A stretch of 64,000 nucleotides of DNA from Ranitomeya imitator. Lineage: Eukaryota. How positions within the stretch are numbered: position 1 is the stretch's first letter; every line of letters starts with the position of its first letter. Below the pieces are notes generated by a model that searched no databases, was not told the DNA's origin, and was given only the letters and a program-made list of their open reading frames with translations. The position numbers and the translations under genes are program-made. The DNA is taken from positions 4,402,001 to 4,466,000 of the forward strand of contig NC_091289.1 in the NCBI RefSeq assembly GCF_032444005.1, given 5' to 3'. Below, in pieces: positions 61,159 to 64,000 of the stretch.

Positions 61159-62280
61159 ATGCTGGAGCCGTATCCCAGCTCTGACATAGATGAGCCGCAC
61201 ACATTACGTTCTGATCTGCCGATCAATGGGATTGTGCTGCCGGAGTCACCAGATCCGAGTCCTCCATCTTGTGCATCTTATTCATTGCAGATCAGTGATT
61301 CACACAGTGCAGAACTCGTAACGGGGGCACACAAGAGCCAATGCGAGGCGAACTGTGGCCTCAAAAGAGACCCTTCACCCTGCGGCTCCAGCCCTTCAGA
61401 TGCGTGTGAGCTTTCATGTGCTGCCAATCCGACAGCAGCGGCATCAAAGACGTTCAGTGAGACGAAGAGCGCAACAGAGGAGCTGGAACATGAACGCAAA
61501 GCACGAGCAGAAGACATCAGAGACTTCCTCCGCCCTGCTGCATTAGGCCATACCCGGGGCAGCCATGGTGGCACAGTGTCTCCAGGACCTCCAGCTGGCT
61601 TCTCGGTGTCTGATTTACCCCCCTCGGTGTCTGATTTACCCCCCTCGGTGTCTGATTTATCCTCTTTCCCTCCATATTTGCTGCCGTCTTCCGTGAAGTT
61701 TTTCAGCTTTGTGATACTCCACGTCCCGGAGGATGAGGAGGAAGCTCAGAGGGTCTGCGCAGTTCTGCACCATCTGCAGATCGTGAACGGCACAACGTTT
61801 TGTGAAGGTTTTGAGACCGCAGGACAAAGTCCTCTCCGATGCCTTGAAGACGCCGTGGAGAACTCTGCCTACGTCGTTCTTCTACTCACTGACAATTTTG
61901 TGTCCAGATGGGGCGAGTTCCAGACCAACGTTGTCCTTATGAACTCAATCCAAGACCAAAAGAAGGGCGGCACGGTCATTCCTCTTATTCCCAGGTTCAA
62001 CCCTGCAAAAAGGACCATGCCCCTGCCTCTGAGAGCATTAACGCGCCTGGAGGAGAAGTCTGCGCTCTTCAAGACCAAAGTTCAGATAACATTCAAAGAA
62101 GACGAGATCAAAATGCAACGAGAAGAATGGGAAAGAGAACAGGCAAAACGATGGTCCGAAAAACAGCTGGAAGATGCAACGCGGCTGTCACGTGCTCTGG
62201 CGGAGATACGGCGTAACGAGGAGCAGCTGCGCACCGTCAACTCTCGTCTTTGTCAACAGTTATCGCTACACCCGACCTAA
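61159..62280 (+). CDS. TICAM (TRIF/TRAM)-family TIR-domain adaptor, single coding exon, 373 aa
   Basis: Uninterrupted ORF with Kozak CACCATG, an in-frame upstream stop at 61120-61122 and a splice acceptor at 61045/61046. The TIR domain (~aa181-312) FSFVILHVPEDEEEAQRV...GTTFCEGFETAG...LEDAVENSAYVVLLLTDNF...LMNSI...VIP aligns by eye to human TICAM1 FYNFVILHARADEHIALRV...GATFCEDFQVPG...LQDAIDHSAFIILLLTSNF and to TICAM2. Orthology is uncertain, so no symbol is given. Confidence 0.9.
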   Translation: MLEPYPSSDIDEPHTLRSDLPINGIVLPESPDPSPPSCASYSLQISDSHSAELVTGAHKSQCEANCGLKRDPSPCGSSPSDACELSCAANPTAAASKTFSETKSATEELEHERKARAEDIRDFLRPAALGHTRGSHGGTVSPGPPAGFSVSDLPPSVSDLPPSVSDLSSFPPYLLPSSVKFFSFVILHVPEDEEEAQRVCAVLHHLQIVNGTTFCEGFETAGQSPLRCLEDAVENSAYVVLLLTDNFVSRWGEFQTNVVLMNSIQDQKKGGTVIPLIPRFNPAKRTMPLPLRALTRLEEKSALFKTKVQITFKEDEIKMQREEWEREQAKRWSEKQLEDATRLSRALAEIRRNEEQLRTVNSRLCQQLSLHPT

Positions 62281-62369
62281 TATTACCAGGACAACGATCC
62301 ATCGATGAGATCCACGCTGCGAGAAATATACAGATAGGAAACCAAAATTGTATGAATGTGCAGCACCCA

Positions 62370-63745
62370 GCATAGGTGCCCCTGAAAGAGACAGAGGATA
62401 CTTGTGCCCCCGAAAGAAGAGACAGGATAGCTGTGCCCCCTTGCGAAGAGACATGATAGGTGTGCCTCCAAAAGAAGAAGCAGAGGATAGCTGTGCCCCC
62501 CCCGAGAGAAGAGACAGGATAGCTGTGCCCCCCGAGAGAAGAGACAGAGGATAGCTGTGCCCCCCGAGAGAAGAGACAGGATAGCTGTGCCCCCCGAGAG
62601 AAGACAGAGGATAGCTGTGCCCCCCGAGAGAAGAGACAGAGGATAGCTGTGCCCCCCGAGAGAAGAGACAGGATAGCTGTGCCCCCCGAGAGAAGAGAGA
62701 GAGGATAGCTGTGCCCCCCGAGAGAAGAGAGAGAGGATAGCTGTGCCCCCCGAGAGAAGAGAGAGAGGATAGCTGTGCCCCCCGAGAGAAGAGAGAGAGG
62801 ATAGCTGTGCCCCCCGAGAGAAGAGAGAGAGGATAGCTGTGCCCCCCGAGAGAAGAGAGGATAGCTGTGCCCCCGAGAGAAGAGAGAGAGGATAGCTGTG
62901 CCCTCCAAGAAAAGAGAGAGAGGATAGCTGTGCCCTCCGAGAAAGACAGAGGGTAGCTGTGCCCCTGAGAGAAGAGGCAGAGGATTGCTGTACCACCAAG
63001 AGAAGATGCAGAGGATAGCTGTACCCCCAATCCTCCCCCCCCCCCCCCCGAGAGAAGAGGCAGAGGATAGCTGTGGCCCCTAAGAGAAGAGGCTGAGGAT
63101 AGCTGTGTGTTTCCCCCCCCACCCCCACCCCGAGACAAGGGGCAGAGGATTGCTGTGCTCCCCGAGAGAAGAGGCAGAGGATTGCTGTACCCCCAAGAGA
63201 AGATGCAGAGGATAGCTGTACCCCCCCTCCTCCCCCCCCCCCCCCCCGAGAGAAGAGGCAGAGGATAGCTGTGCCCCCCAAAAGAAGAAATAGAGGATAG
63301 CTGTGCCCCACGAGAGACAAGGCAGCGGATAGCTTTGCCCCCAAGAGAAGAGGCAGAGGATAGCTGTCGCCCCGAGAAAAAAGACAGAGGATAGCTGAGC
63401 CCCCGAGAGAAGAGGCAGAGGATAGCTGTGCCCCCTAGCGAAGAGACATGATGGGTGTGCCTGCAAGAGAAAAAGCAGAGGATAGCTATGCCCCCTGAGA
63501 GAAGAGACAGGATAGCTGTGCCCTCCGAGAAAAGAGGCAGAGGGTAGCTGTGCCCCAGAGAGAAGAGGCAGAGGATAGCTGTGCCCTCAACCCCCCACCC
63601 CCCGAGAGAAGAGACAGGATAGCTGTGTTCCCTAGCGAAGAGACATGATAGGTGTACCTCCAAAAGAAGAAGCAGAGAATAGCTATGCCCCCCAAGAAAA
63701 GAGACAGAGGGTAGCTGTGCCCCAGAGAGAAGAGGCGGAGGATAG

Positions 63746-63776
<31 letters not shown>

Positions 63777-64000
63777 GAGAGAAGAGACAGGATAGCAGTG
63801 GCCCCCGAGCGAAGAGGCAGAGGATAGCTGTGGCCCCCGAGAGAAGAGACAGAGGATAGCTGTGCCCCCCCAAGAGAAGAGACAGGATAGCTGTGGCTCC
63901 CGAGGGAAGAGGCAGAGGATAGCTGTGGCTCCCGAGAGGAGAGGCAGAGGATAGCTGTGCCCCCCCAAGAGAAGAGACAGGATAGCTGTGGCCCCCAAGA
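62370..64000. repeat. Purine-rich minisatellite, ~30-32-bp unit, 3' of the TICAM-like gene
   Basis: GAGAAGAGACAG(A)GGATAGCTGTGCCCCCC repeated to the window end. Confidence 0.9.

Noticed and set aside
62237-63998. ORFs of 535 and 353 aa on the minus strand at the window end
   Set aside because: They are translations of the 30-32-bp purine-rich array.

Overview
This is eukaryotic genomic DNA, most likely from an anuran amphibian (inferred from frog-type SINE, CR1, L2, Tc1, MITE and Penelope-like repeats). About half of the 64 kb is minisatellite arrays, which explain nearly all the long ORFs in the ORF track. Three spliced genes can be assembled exon by exon with GT-AG junctions and preserved phase: CISH (+, 3 coding exons, 257 aa), HEMK1 (-, 10 coding exons, 325 aa) and the C3orf18 orthologue (+, 4 coding exons, 133 aa). 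Their order and orientation match the human 3p21 block, including a HEMK1/C3orf18 bidirectional promoter. The unexpected element is a single-exon 373-aa TICAM (TRIF/TRAM-family) TIR adaptor gene at 61159-62280. It keeps an IRF3-recruiting pLxIS-type motif but lacks the TRIF N-terminal domain, PxE TRAF6 motifs and RHIM, and has Ala at the BB-loop Pro position. Other notable items are clusters of STAT5 GAS sites around CISH, a young CR1 nested in a SINE that shares its tail with L2, a large Penelope-like inverted structure, and several insertions into satellite arrays. All coordinates were read by eye; array boundaries are approximate and no database searches were run.
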